Assembly (NCBI GenBank): GCA_963732385.1
Contig: CAVSZB010000007.1
Span: 832,001 to 896,000, forward strand
From: an uncultured bacterium
GTDB lineage: Bacteria; Krumholzibacteriota; Krumholzibacteriia; LZORAL124-64-63
Direction: 5' to 3'
DNA length: 64,000 nt
Of this stretch, positions 9,357-19,382 are shown piece by piece. The translations under genes were made by a program, and so were the position numbers. The notes under the pieces were generated by a model. It searched no databases, was not told where the DNA came from, and saw only the letters and a list, made by a program, of their open reading frames with translations. Within the stretch, counting starts at the first letter, position 1. The number at the start of each line of letters is the position of its first letter.

Positions 9357-11470
9357 CAGATTCCCTCCGTTTCCGGGGCGACCTCGCCCGCCGCCACCAC
9401 AACCACCCCGTGGGGCGCCCCGCCCGCGGCAGGCACACCCTCGAGTTCAGGCAAATCCCAGGTCGCGTGCTGCAACAACTGGGGCGCTCCGGGCCGCGCC
9501 CGCTCAACCTCCCAGGCCGTGGCCAGGCGGGGCCAGTCGGCCACTACGGCCGCCCACAATCCCGGCGCCGGCTCCTCGACGCCATCGGAACCGGCATCCG
9601 CGGCGATGGCGAACGCCCCCCCCGCCGAGGCGGGCGAAGCGAGCACCGCCTCCCCCTTCCGGTCGAGGCGGGTCATGAAATCGCGCACCACGCGCGCCGC
9701 ACGGCGCAGTTCGGCCGGTTCCGGCTCGCTGCCCGGCCGACGCGTGTCCAGACAGGCGAGCCGGGAGCGCGGCGCCGCCTCGCAACCCCGACGCAGCCGG
9801 CGCACGGCCACCAGCACCCGTTCCGATTCCGGATCACGGGGCATGACGATCCAGACGGTGGTGCCGGCCCCCGGGCTGCTCTCCACCGAGATGACTCCCC
9901 CGTGCGCCTCCACCAGCGTGCGGGTGATGTGCAGGCCGAGCCCACTGCCGGGCGCCGTGCCGTCATCGGCACCGCGTCCGCGCGCAAACGGCTGGAACAG
10001 GGTACGCCGCAACTCTTCGTCCATCCCGATCCCGTTGTCCTCGACCACCAGGGCGAACGTGCGTAGCGGCAGGAAATAGCGCCCCGCCACGGCGCGTGCG
10101 TCGGCCGGCGCTCCGCTGCCCGAACGGGGGTTCAGCCAGACCCGGACGCGCCCCCCCTCCGGGGTGTACTTCAAGGCATTCCCGACCGTGTTGTGCAGCA
10201 TCTGGACGACCTTGTCCGGATCGATGTGCGCCGGGAAGTGCTCGGCCCCGCAATCGCAACCGAGGTCGATACGCCGCTGGCGCGCGGTCGCCGCGAACAG
10301 TTCCAGCGCCTCACGCAGCAACGGCACGAGGTCCACCGTCTGACGGTGCAGGTCCAGCCGGCCCGCGCCGGCCCGCGACACGTCGAGCAGATCGCCGATG
10401 AGACGGTTCAACCGGTCGATATTCCGCATCGTCATGCCCAGGAAGTGCTGCGACTGCAGCGTGAGCGCACCCGCGTCGCCGCGCAGCAGGAGACCGACAG
10501 AGCTTTTCATCGAAGTCAGGGGGGTGCGCAACTCGTGGCTGATGGTCGAGATCGCCTCGGCGCTGCGGCTGTCGGCCTGCACCTCGGCCGTGGCGTCACG
10601 CACGGCGATCACGCGCCCCGCACGCACGCCGCGTCCGGTCACCCGCCCGCCGATAGCCACCTCCAGCGTCAGATCGCGCGCCTGCGAGGCCAGCAGCTTT
10701 TCGCGCTCGCAGCCGGCGTCATCGAGCCGGCGCACTGCGGCCGCCAGCCAGAGCGGCCAGGTCCGCCCCTCGGCGCCGAAGGAGGCGTGCAGCAACTGCT
10801 CCGCCGCGGCGTTGGCGGCGGTCACTTCGTCCCCGTCGATCAGCACCAGCGCCGCCGGCGCGGCGTCCCAGACCCCTTCCATCGTCAGCCCGCCCGCCGC
10901 CGGGTCCAGGCCAGCCACCCGCGCCGCACTCCCGGCGGCCATCGCCACGCCATACAGCGACCACGCGGCGAGCACCTGCTGCACCAGCGCCCCATCGCGC
11001 GACAGCGGCACCGGGGCCGCCAGCAGGAGGGCGGCATACTCCCCCTCGGCCACCCCCTCCGGCGGAAGCGGCAGTACGAGCGCACAGCCAAGATCGGCCT
11101 TGCGCAGGAAAGCCACGCCGGGCCGGAACGGATCATCGGTCACGGCGGCCCAGAAAGGCGCCAGGAGCGGTTCCGCGCGCAGCGGACTCAGCCGTGACGC
11201 GAGCGCCTCGCGCAACCGGACGCGCTCGGCATCGCGCAACTCGCCGGCCAACACGCGCGTCTGCGGCGCGCCCCCTCTGTCGACGCGGGTCGCGACCACG
11301 AGCGCCACCGGAAAACCGCCGCGCCGCAACGCCCGCACGGCGAGGCGGTAGCGACGCGACGGGTTGGTCTGGCGCAGCAGCGCCTCCACCAGACGCAGCC
11401 CGGTCACCCCGTCCAGCGTCTGTGCGGCGGGATTGCGTCCCCGGAAAAATCTGCTCAGCGCGGTGGGCAA
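9356..11470 (-). CDS. Sensor histidine kinase (HisKA + HATPase_c), no obvious TM segments
   Basis: SHELRTPL H-box, NTVGNALKYT N-box, EDNGIG, GSGLGL; TTG start at 11470 with GGGGGA SD inferred; stop overlaps the REC ATG. Confidence 0.88.
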   Translation of the reverse strand: MPTALSRFFRGRNPAAQTLDGVTGLRLVEALLRQTNPSRRYRLAVRALRRGGFPVALVVATRVDRGGAPQTRVLAGELRDAERVRLREALASRLSPLRAEPLLAPFWAAVTDDPFRPGVAFLRKADLGCALVLPLPPEGVAEGEYAALLLAAPVPLSRDGALVQQVLAAWSLYGVAMAAGSAARVAGLDPAAGGLTMEGVWDAAPAALVLIDGDEVTAANAAAEQLLHASFGAEGRTWPLWLAAAVRRLDDAGCEREKLLASQARDLTLEVAIGGRVTGRGVRAGRVIAVRDATAEVQADSRSAEAISTISHELRTPLTSMKSSVGLLLRGDAGALTLQSQHFLGMTMRNIDRLNRLIGDLLDVSRAGAGRLDLHRQTVDLVPLLREALELFAATARQRRIDLGCDCGAEHFPAHIDPDKVVQMLHNTVGNALKYTPEGGRVRVWLNPRSGSGAPADARAVAGRYFLPLRTFALVVEDNGIGMDEELRRTLFQPFARGRGADDGTAPGSGLGLHITRTLVEAHGGVISVESSPGAGTTVWIVMPRDPESERVLVAVRRLRRGCEAAPRSRLACLDTRRPGSEPEPAELRRAARVVRDFMTRLDRKGEAVLASPASAGGAFAIAADAGSDGVEEPAPGLWAAVVADWPRLATAWEVERARPGAPQLLQHATWDLPELEGVPAAGGAPHGVVVVAAGEVAPETEGI

Positions 11471-11610
11471 GGTATTCCCCCGGCAGCGGCCATCGCACGC
11501 GACCGCCGGTCGCGGCGGCCTCTTTGCGCGCCGGTCGCGGCCATCCCCGCGCACCGACACGCCCGGTGCCGCGAGGCTGCAACGATCGTGCCAGGGGGTG
11601 CCGGGACCGC

Positions 11611-12588
11611 TCAGCGGGGGTAGCCACCGGGGTTGGCGCGATGCCAGGCCCAGGCGTCCGCCAGAATGCGGTCCGGCTCGCTGCGCGTCGGGACCCAGCC
11701 CAGCAGCGCGCGCGCGCGACCGGTCGCAGCCACGAGCCGCGCCGGGTCGCCGGGGCGCCTGGGAACGACCGGAGGGTCAACGGCGATTCCGGCCACGCGG
11801 GCGGCGGCAACGACGATTTCGCGCACCGAGTGCCCCGTGCCATGGCCGAGGTTGATCGCCGTGAAACCGGGGCGCTCCGCCCACTCGAGCGCGAGTGCGT
11901 GAGCCTCGGCAAGGTCGGCCACGTGCACATAGTCGCGGATGCAGGTGCCGTCGGGCGTGGGGTAGTCCTCGCCGAAGAGGGCGAAGGTCACGGCGGGATC
12001 GAGCAGCGAGCGCAGCAGGCGCGGGATCAGGTGCGTCTCCGGTTCGTGGTCTTCGCCACGACCGGCTTCGGCCCCGGCCGCGTTGAAGTACCGCAGCGCC
12101 ACGGCGGCGAAGCCGTGGGCGCGCGCGGCGTCGGCGATCGCCCACTCCATGGCGGCCTTCGTGCGCCCGTACGCGTTGACCGGCGCCAGCAGCGCCTCCT
12201 CGGGAATCGGCAATTCGACCGGTTCACCATAGACCGCAGCGCTCGAGGAGAAGATGCACCGCCGCGCCCCACCGGCGGCGATCCGTTCGAGCAGCGCCAC
12301 GGTCCCCCCCACGTTGTGCCGGTAGTAGGGAAGTGGGCGCACCATCGACTCGCCCACGAGGCTGCGCGCGGCGAAGTGCACCACCGCGTCGAACGGCCGC
12401 GCGAACACCCGCGCCAGCCCCTCCGTGTCAGCCAGCGCAAGCTCGTGGAAGACCGCCGCCTCCGGCACGGCCGCGCGGTGCCCGGTGCTCAGGTCGTCGA
12501 GCACCTCCACCGCATGCCCGCGCGCGAGCAGACACTGCGCCGTCACCGAGCCGATATATCCGGCGCCGCCGGTCACCAGAACTCTCAC
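11611..12588 (-). CDS. galE: UDP-glucose 4-epimerase
   Basis: VLVTGGAGYIGS, YGRTK, LRYFNAAGA, DGTCIRDYVHV; GTG start overlapping the uvrA stop. Confidence 0.96.
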   Translation of the reverse strand: MRVLVTGGAGYIGSVTAQCLLARGHAVEVLDDLSTGHRAAVPEAAVFHELALADTEGLARVFARPFDAVVHFAARSLVGESMVRPLPYYRHNVGGTVALLERIAAGGARRCIFSSSAAVYGEPVELPIPEEALLAPVNAYGRTKAAMEWAIADAARAHGFAAVALRYFNAAGAEAGRGEDHEPETHLIPRLLRSLLDPAVTFALFGEDYPTPDGTCIRDYVHVADLAEAHALALEWAERPGFTAINLGHGTGHSVREIVVAAARVAGIAVDPPVVPRRPGDPARLVAATGRARALLGWVPTRSEPDRILADAWAWHRANPGGYPR

Positions 12589-15389
12589 GGTCGCGTCTCC
12601 TTCCGTCGTCCGGCACCGTTGCGACGGCGCGCGAGAAACCGTCCCGTCACCGAGGCCGGGCAGGCCGCCACCTCCGCGGGCGTCCCCTCGGCCACCAGTT
12701 GCCCCCCCGCCTCGCCGCCGCCCGGTCCGAGGTCGATGATCCAATCCGCCTGCTCGACCAACTCGAGGTTGTGCTCGATCACCACGACACCGTGTCCCTG
12801 GTCCACCAGTTCGTGCAGCACCCGCGCGAGCGCGGCGATATCGTCCACGTGCAGACCGGTCGTCGGTTCGTCAAGAAGATAGAGGTTGCGACGCCCCGAG
12901 GGAACCGCCAGCTCGCGGGCGATCTTCAGCCGCTGGCTCTCGCCTCCGGAAAGCGTCGGCGCGGCCTGGCCGAGTTGCAGATAACCCAGCCCCACCTTCC
13001 TGAGGATCCAGAGCCGGTCGGTCACGCCCGCCTGCCCGGCAAAAAAGGCTAGCGACTCCTCCACAGTCAGCCCGAGCACCTGCGCGATATTCAGACCGCG
13101 GTAGCGCACCTCGAGGGTGGCCGGATTGAAGCGACTGCCACCGCACTCCTCGCACGGCACGCTGATATCAGCCATGAAGTGCATTTCCACCCGGTGCTCA
13201 CCCAGCCCCTGGCAGGCCGGGCAACGCCCTCCGGCGGTGTTGAAACTGAAGCGACCGGCCGGCCAGGCCCGGACCCGCGCTTCGGGCGTGGCGGCGAACA
13301 GCTCCCGAATCGGCCCGAGAACCTGGAGGAACGTGGCCGGATTGGAGCGACTGGTGCGGCCGATCGGCGCCTGATCCACCCGCACGACCTTATCCACCGC
13401 CTCGGCCCCCTGCAGCGCCGTGAAGGCATGGTCCCGGCCGGCCCCCCCGGTCGCCCGCCCGGTCAGGCCGTCGTAGAGACAGCCGTTGAGCAGGCTGCTC
13501 TTGCCCGAGCCCGACACGCCGGTCAGACAGACGAAGCGGCCGAGCGGGATCCGCACGTCGAGACCGCGCAGGTTGTGCCGGCGCGCGCCGCGCACCTGGA
13601 TCTGCCGCGGCGGGTCGCCGCGCCGGGCCCGCGGCCGCTCCAGACGCTTCTCCCCCCGCAGCCAGGCGGCCGTGAGGGTGGTCCCGTCGGCGAGCAGATC
13701 GGTCAGCGCGCCCTGGAAGACCACCTCGCCGCCGAGTCGTCCCGCGCCCGGACCTAGTTCGACGAAGTGATCCGCCGCCCGCAGGACATCCAGATCGTGC
13801 TCCACCACGACGACCGTATTGCCCCCGGCGACCAAATCGCCGAGCGTGGCGATGAGGCGCTCCACATCGGCCGCGTGCAGACCGCTCGTCGGCTCATCCA
13901 GCACGTACAGCGTATCGACCAGACGCGATCCGAGCGCGTTCGCGAGGTGGATCCGCTGCGCCTCGCCGCCCGACAGCGTGCGGGTCAGGCGATCGAGCGT
14001 GAGGTAGCCGAGGCCGACGCGCTCGAGGAACCGCAGCCGGTGAAGCACTTCCTCCCGCACTTCCCCGGCCGCCGCGAGCGCCCCCTTCGACAGACGCAGG
14101 CCCTCCACCCTGGCCAGGGCGGTCACGACCGGCAGCCGTCCGATCTGGCCGATGTCCAGGCCGTTGATGCGCACGGCCAGCGCCTCCGGTCGCAGACGGG
14201 AGCCGCCACAGGCGCGGCACGCCGTGTCGCCCAGGTAGCGCCGCGTGTAGAAGCGGTGATGCTCCTTCTCTATCTTCCGCCGCATCTCCTCCAGGAACGG
14301 AATGACGCCGACGTACTCGCCGTCGGTCGCCTCGAGCACGAGGCGCTGCTGCGACGGTGACAACTGGCGCCACGGCGTGTCGGTCGGGATGCGGCGGCGG
14401 CGGCACCAACGCACCAGCACGGAGAACTGCCGGGCGAAACTGGGCGTGCGCCAGGGCTTGATCGCGCCGTCCATGATTGTCAGGGCCGGCTCGGGCACGA
14501 TCTTCGCCTCGTCGAACTCCAGCCGGTTGCCGAAGCCGCGGCAGGCGGGGCAGGCCCCCTGGGGGGAGTTGAACGAGAACAGGTGGGGTGTCGACTCCGG
14601 GAAGACCCGCTCGCAGCCGGCGCAGGCGAGTTGCGCGGACCAGACCCGCCGCTCCGCAAGCGCCACATCGCGCAGCACCACGCGCCCCTCGCCCAGGCGC
14701 ATCGCCAGCGTGACCGCCTCCGCGAACCGCGAGCGGTCGGCGGGCGCCAGCGTGAGCCGGTCCACCACCACCTCCACCGCCTCGCCGGCCGCCGGCCGCG
14801 GCGCCCCCGCGTCAGCCGCCGCCTCGAGCCGCAGCAGCACGCCCCCCACGAGCGCCCGCTGCCAGCCCTGCGCCAGCAGCGGCGCCGCCCAACCCTCGCG
14901 CGCGGCAGTGGCGGTTATGGTGAGCGGCCAGGCGACCAGCAACGGCGTCTCCTCCGTCCATCGCTGCCGCGCCTTGCGCCAGATCGAGGCCGGCGTTTCC
15001 CGTTCCACCTTCTCGCCGCAGGTCGGACAGACCAGCACCCCCACGCGCGCGAACAGCACGCGCAGGTAGTCGTTGATCTCGGTCACCGTGCCGACGGTGC
15101 TGCGGCCGCTGCGCGCGGCGTTGCGCTGCCCGATCGCGATGGCGGGGCTGATGCCGTCGATCCAGTCGACCTCCGGCTTGGGCATGCGTTCGAGGAACTG
15201 CCGCGCGTATGTGGAGAGCGATTCGACGTAGCAGCGCTGTCCCTCGGCATAGAGGGTGTCGAACACGAGCGACGACTTGCCCGAGCCCGAGACGCCGGAA
15301 ACGGCCGTCAGCCGCCCGCGCGGAAAGTCTACGTCGCACCCCTTCAGATTGTGCTGGCGGGCGCCACGGATGCGGATCTGGTCGCTCAA
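12585..15389 (-). CDS. uvrA: Excinuclease ABC subunit UvrA (UvrA2-like paralog)
   Basis: Two ABC cassettes (GVSGSGKSS x2, LSGGE x2, DEPT x2), zinc-finger CxxC pairs, FSFNSPQGAC. Confidence 0.96.
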   Translation of the reverse strand: MSDQIRIRGARQHNLKGCDVDFPRGRLTAVSGVSGSGKSSLVFDTLYAEGQRCYVESLSTYARQFLERMPKPEVDWIDGISPAIAIGQRNAARSGRSTVGTVTEINDYLRVLFARVGVLVCPTCGEKVERETPASIWRKARQRWTEETPLLVAWPLTITATAAREGWAAPLLAQGWQRALVGGVLLRLEAAADAGAPRPAAGEAVEVVVDRLTLAPADRSRFAEAVTLAMRLGEGRVVLRDVALAERRVWSAQLACAGCERVFPESTPHLFSFNSPQGACPACRGFGNRLEFDEAKIVPEPALTIMDGAIKPWRTPSFARQFSVLVRWCRRRRIPTDTPWRQLSPSQQRLVLEATDGEYVGVIPFLEEMRRKIEKEHHRFYTRRYLGDTACRACGGSRLRPEALAVRINGLDIGQIGRLPVVTALARVEGLRLSKGALAAAGEVREEVLHRLRFLERVGLGYLTLDRLTRTLSGGEAQRIHLANALGSRLVDTLYVLDEPTSGLHAADVERLIATLGDLVAGGNTVVVVEHDLDVLRAADHFVELGPGAGRLGGEVVFQGALTDLLADGTTLTAAWLRGEKRLERPRARRGDPPRQIQVRGARRHNLRGLDVRIPLGRFVCLTGVSGSGKSSLLNGCLYDGLTGRATGGAGRDHAFTALQGAEAVDKVVRVDQAPIGRTSRSNPATFLQVLGPIRELFAATPEARVRAWPAGRFSFNTAGGRCPACQGLGEHRVEMHFMADISVPCEECGGSRFNPATLEVRYRGLNIAQVLGLTVEESLAFFAGQAGVTDRLWILRKVGLGYLQLGQAAPTLSGGESQRLKIARELAVPSGRRNLYLLDEPTTGLHVDDIAALARVLHELVDQGHGVVVIEHNLELVEQADWIIDLGPGGGEAGGQLVAEGTPAEVAACPASVTGRFLARRRNGAGRRKETRP

Positions 15390-15528
15390 ACAGTGGCTCC
15401 TCGCGCCGGCCTCATCCCGGTGTTATTCTGGCGCCGCGCCGGCCGCGCGGCGAACCTTGGATGATAGTGCCGTCCCGGGCAGGCCGCCAAAGTTTTTACC
15501 CGGGCCACCCTCAGCGAACGGACCTGCC

Positions 15529-16368
15529 ATGCCGCTGCCCCGCACCGCAGAGCTCCTCGAGACCATCCGCCTCCTGCGCGCCCCCGGTGGCTGTCCCTGG
15601 GACCGCCGCCAGACGCTGCCGGACGCCGCGCGCTTCCTGATGGACGAGGCGGGCGAGCTGCTCGAAGCCGCCCTCGCCGGCGACCACGACCACGCCGCCG
15701 AGGAGCTGGCCGACCTGCTCTACATGGTCTGCTTCTGCCGGGAGATCATGGGTGAGGCGCATTCCATCTCGTTCGAGGATATCGCGAGTCTGGGCAACGA
15801 AAAGCTGCTGCGGCGCCACCCGCACGTCTTCGGCGAGGATCCGGCCGCCGACCACCACGAGAGCCAGGACCGCTGGAACGCGGTCAAGGCGGAGGAAAAA
15901 CAGGCGCGCGGCCTCGACACGACGCGGGAGTCGGTGCTCAAGGACCTGCCCGCTTCGTCCTCGCCGCTCACGCAGGCTTACCAGTACCAGGAGAACGCCG
16001 CGTCGGTCGGATTCACGTTCGCCGACACCGCCCAGGCCTGGGCGAAGCTGGCCGAAGAGCTGGAGGAGCTGCGGTGCGCCGCGGCCGCCGCGGCGACGGC
16101 GGGTGGCCCGGCCGACTCCACGCCGACTGACGCCGTGCGTCACGAACTGGGCGATGTCCTGTTCGCGACCGTGAATCTCGCGCGCCTGCTCGGCGTGGCG
16201 CCCGACGACGCGCTGCGCCTGGCGAATCGTCGCTTCCGCGCCCGCTTCCGCGCCGTCGAAGCGCGGCACGACTGGTCGCGCGAGAGCCTGCGCGCCGCCG
16301 ACCCGGCGGCCCTGCTGGCCGCCTGGCGGGAAACCCGAGCCGAGGGCGAGACACCTCCCTCGCGCTGA
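15529..16368 (+). CDS. mazG: MazG nucleoside triphosphate pyrophosphohydrolase
   Basis: LRAPGGCPWDRRQT, EELADLL, KLLRRHPHVF, second domain ELGDVLF. Confidence 0.93.
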   Translation: MPLPRTAELLETIRLLRAPGGCPWDRRQTLPDAARFLMDEAGELLEAALAGDHDHAAEELADLLYMVCFCREIMGEAHSISFEDIASLGNEKLLRRHPHVFGEDPAADHHESQDRWNAVKAEEKQARGLDTTRESVLKDLPASSSPLTQAYQYQENAASVGFTFADTAQAWAKLAEELEELRCAAAAAATAGGPADSTPTDAVRHELGDVLFATVNLARLLGVAPDDALRLANRRFRARFRAVEARHDWSRESLRAADPAALLAAWRETRAEGETPPSR

Positions 16369-16410
16369 CCCGCGAAGCGAACAGCGGCCAGACGCGGCGC
16401 GCCCGGTCCC

Positions 16411-17877
16411 TCACTCCGGGCAGCCGTCGTCGTCCGCCACGCCGTCGTAGTCTTCCGGCTCATTCGGACAAAGATCGCGAGCGTCGTCAATGCCGTCGAA
16501 GTCGTTGTCGGGATCGGGACAGCCATCATCGTCCTCGAAGCCGTCACGATCCTCCGCGGTGCCGGGACAGTGGTCGCGCTCGTCGGCAATGCCGTCGCCG
16601 TCGCGGTCGCGCAGCTCTTCCGGGCAGCCGTCACCGTCGCGATCGCCGTCGAAATCCTCGGCGAGGTCCGGACAGACATCGCGCGCGTCGGGGATACCGT
16701 CGCCATCGTTGTCGGGGTCGGGGATACCGTCCTCGTCCTGGAATCCGTCGCGATCCTCGGCGGCGTCGGGGGCTCCGTCGACCGTGTCCTCGATACCGTC
16801 GCCGTCGTTGTCGGGATCGGGACAGCCGTCCGCGTCACGCCAGCCATCGCGATCCTCCGCCGCGTTCGGGCAGCCGTCGCGGCGATCGGGCACGCCGTCA
16901 CCGTCGCGATCGCGACCGCCCAGGGCGAATCCGCGCGACAGCATCACGTGCCAGACGAGGTCGGGCGCGGCGGGCAGGTACGGCGTGGCCGGATCGTCCA
17001 GCGCGAGATTCACATCGTAGGCGACGGACAGGCCCCAGCCGTCATCGCGCCCCCAGTGCAGCCCCGGCGTGAAGTGGCGCGGGAATTCCCCCACCGCGGC
17101 GCCGGCGGCGAGCGGCAGTCGCGCCTCGCTGTACTCGAAGAACAACGCGACATCCTCGCGACGCACCTCCACCGCGGCGGCCAGCTGCAGAAAATCATTG
17201 TCACCGCCGGCGCCGTCGGGCGGCACGGCCGGGTACACCGGCGGCCAGGGCAGGAAGAGGGCGTCGCCTCCCCCCGGGCCGCGTCCGGCATCGGGATTCC
17301 AGCGCCGGGCGGCGGCCAGGTGCAACCGCAACTCCGGATATGCCGAGGCCCGCCAGAGACGCAGCGCCACCGCGACACCAGCCTGAGGGACCGTCCGCCC
17401 CTCCCCCGTGCCGTCCTCCCGCGCACCGGTGGGCAGCGTCAGCCTGGCCGTGGCGGCCCAGGCCAGCGCGGGGCGCGGCGAGGGCAGGCCGAGCGTCAGA
17501 CCGAGCCGCGCGTCCCCCAGCCCGCCACCGCTCGCGGGCAGCAGCCCCTCCGGACCGGTCCAACTGCGACTCGTCGCGTCGAACGTCAGCCTCGTGCGCG
17601 GCAGCGGGCCGTATTCCAGACGCAGCCGGAGATCGCGCAGGCTCGCCTCGTACGGCGCGTATCCCCGCCGCAAATATTCAATGCCGTACGATTCCCCCCC
17701 GAAGCCGAGCAGCAGCACGCCGTCGGGCGGCAGGATGGCGCCGTCGAGTCGGTAGAGCGTCGCCGTGCGAGCGTTCGTGAGGACCGCCGGTCCTTCCGGT
17801 CCGTCCGCGCGCGCCCCGGGCGCCGCCAGCAGCCCGCACAGCAGCGGCAGAGCCGCGCGGCACAGAGCACGGCTCAC
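16411..17877 (-). CDS. Secreted, probable outer-membrane beta-rich protein with C-terminal thrombospondin type-3 (TSP3) Ca-binding repeats
   Basis: Signal peptide; amphipathic beta-strand-like body (GLGDARLGL); five DxDGDGxxDxxDxCP...EDxDGxxDxDGCP repeats. Confidence 0.8.
   Translation of the reverse strand: MSRALCRAALPLLCGLLAAPGARADGPEGPAVLTNARTATLYRLDGAILPPDGVLLLGFGGESYGIEYLRRGYAPYEASLRDLRLRLEYGPLPRTRLTFDATSRSWTGPEGLLPASGGGLGDARLGLTLGLPSPRPALAWAATARLTLPTGAREDGTGEGRTVPQAGVAVALRLWRASAYPELRLHLAAARRWNPDAGRGPGGGDALFLPWPPVYPAVPPDGAGGDNDFLQLAAAVEVRREDVALFFEYSEARLPLAAGAAVGEFPRHFTPGLHWGRDDGWGLSVAYDVNLALDDPATPYLPAAPDLVWHVMLSRGFALGGRDRDGDGVPDRRDGCPNAAEDRDGWRDADGCPDPDNDGDGIEDTVDGAPDAAEDRDGFQDEDGIPDPDNDGDGIPDARDVCPDLAEDFDGDRDGDGCPEELRDRDGDGIADERDHCPGTAEDRDGFEDDDGCPDPDNDFDGIDDARDLCPNEPEDYDGVADDDGCPE
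16414..16911 (-). repeat. Five coding tandem TSP3 repeats (~33 aa, ~99 nt)
   Basis: Repeats read directly from the translation. Confidence 0.9.
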
Positions 17878-18233
17878 GCGGACGCTGCCGCGGGATCTTC
17901 GCCGGAGGGGGCCCCCTCAGCTGCGACGGCTTCCGCAGGCGGGTCGGCGGGGCTTTCGGACGCCCGCTTCGACTCGTCCAGCCAGTTCATCCGCAGCTCG
18001 AAGATCGCCGTATCGAGCCCCCGCATAACCGCCGGCGGTGTATTGGCGCGGCACTTCGCCTGCAGCATCTCGAGGACCTCGATGGTCGCCCGCGCGCTGT
18101 CCAGATCACGCTCCGGTTTCCCGGTCAGCGGATGGGCCAGCTTGCCGAGTTGCCGCATGCCGGCGTCCTGGAACATCGCCACCAGCGAAAGCAACACGGC
18201 GTCATGCCGGGTCAGATCCTCCCTGTCCGTCAT
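17874..18233 (-). CDS. DUF1844-like protein
   Basis: QLGKLAHPLTGKPERDLDSARATIEVLEMLQAK...ELRMNW. Confidence 0.75.
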   Translation of the reverse strand: MTDREDLTRHDAVLLSLVAMFQDAGMRQLGKLAHPLTGKPERDLDSARATIEVLEMLQAKCRANTPPAVMRGLDTAIFELRMNWLDESKRASESPADPPAEAVAAEGAPSGEDPAAASA

Positions 18234-18296
18234 TTGCCAATCCCTCCCGGCGCGCCTGGCACGCCCGTTTGTCCCGGGTCAACCATCATCCAACAA

Positions 18297-19382
18297 TCAC
18301 GTGGGCAATTCGCTCCCGCCCGCATCCCTTTCGGCGTCCGCCGCCACACCGCCGACGACCGGGTCGTCGAATTCGTCCGCGATCCGGCCCACGACCGCCT
18401 CCACCAGATTCTCCAGCGTGACCAGGCCGAGCACGCGGCCATCCCGATCGACCACGATCGCCATCTGCTGGTGCTGCCACTGCATCTCCTCGAACAGCTC
18501 GTACGGCGTCAGCCCGGCATCGACGAACAGACAGTCGCGCAGCAGGGCTGGCGGAATCGCCTCATCGCCAACCGGGCCGCGCGGCACCTCGAGCAGCAGA
18601 TCGCGCGCGAGGATCCAGCCGGCCATGCCGCCGTCCGCGTCCGCCACCGGCAGCCGGCTGTAACCGGTCCGGACCGCGAGCGCCGCGGCGCCGGCCAGCC
18701 CGGCCCCCGGCGGCACGGCGACCACGCGGGCGAGAGGCACCATGATCTCGTCCAGCCGGCGGCCGCCCAGCGCCAGGAAGCGCTGCAGGACGTCGCCGAA
18801 GCGCTCGTCCTGGCCCGCCAGTTCAGGGTGTCCCAGCAGCAGCGCCGCCACCGCCTCCCGGCTCAGGGTCGAGGCGCCGGGGGCCGCCCCTCCCGGCAGG
18901 ACACGCGACCACAACGCCACCCAGGCCCGCAACACGATCCGCGCCGGCGCCAGCGCGATCATCACCCCGCCGATGGCCGGGGTCACCGCCAGGGTGAGAC
19001 GCTCGGGATATTCACGGAAGACAACCTTGGGCACGATCTCGCCAAGCGTAATCACCAGCAACGCGGTCACGGCCCCGGCCAGCCACTCGCCATGCCCCCC
19101 CCAGCGCGCGCCGAAAGTGGCGGTCAGAACGACGCCGAGAAGCACATTGACCAGGTTGTTGCCGATCAGAAACGTGAGGATCGGCTCCTCCACGTGGTTC
19201 AACAGCCGTTCCAGCCGCGGCAGGTGCGGCACCGGTCCGCGACGCGCGAGCTGCCGCAGCCGCACGCGGCTGATGCTCATCAGCCCGGTCTCGCTCCCCG
19301 CGAAAAAGGCGCTGGCCAGCAGGCACGCCACCGTAACCGCGATCAGGACATCCCAGCCGGGAAACGCGGCCTCCGGCTTCAC
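18297..19382 (-). CDS. CNNM (DUF21) + CBS domain protein
   Basis: SAFFAGSETG, LIGNNLVN, GEIVPK, GYSRLPV, VTLENLVEAVVG; no CorC C-terminal domain. Confidence 0.9.
   Translation of the reverse strand: MKPEAAFPGWDVLIAVTVACLLASAFFAGSETGLMSISRVRLRQLARRGPVPHLPRLERLLNHVEEPILTFLIGNNLVNVLLGVVLTATFGARWGGHGEWLAGAVTALLVITLGEIVPKVVFREYPERLTLAVTPAIGGVMIALAPARIVLRAWVALWSRVLPGGAAPGASTLSREAVAALLLGHPELAGQDERFGDVLQRFLALGGRRLDEIMVPLARVVAVPPGAGLAGAAALAVRTGYSRLPVADADGGMAGWILARDLLLEVPRGPVGDEAIPPALLRDCLFVDAGLTPYELFEEMQWQHQQMAIVVDRDGRVLGLVTLENLVEAVVGRIADEFDDPVVGGVAADAERDAGGSELPT

Noticed and set aside
16414..16911. Periodic DNA repeats as a possible CRISPR array
   Set aside because: Degenerate, in-frame protein repeats (TSP3); no identical repeats with unique spacers and no cas genes
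18230..18442. ORF whose stop overlaps the DUF1844 start, hinting at a frameshifted CNNM C-terminus
   Set aside because: The alternative frame has no CorC-like sequence; CNNM-CBS proteins ending after the DEFD motif are common
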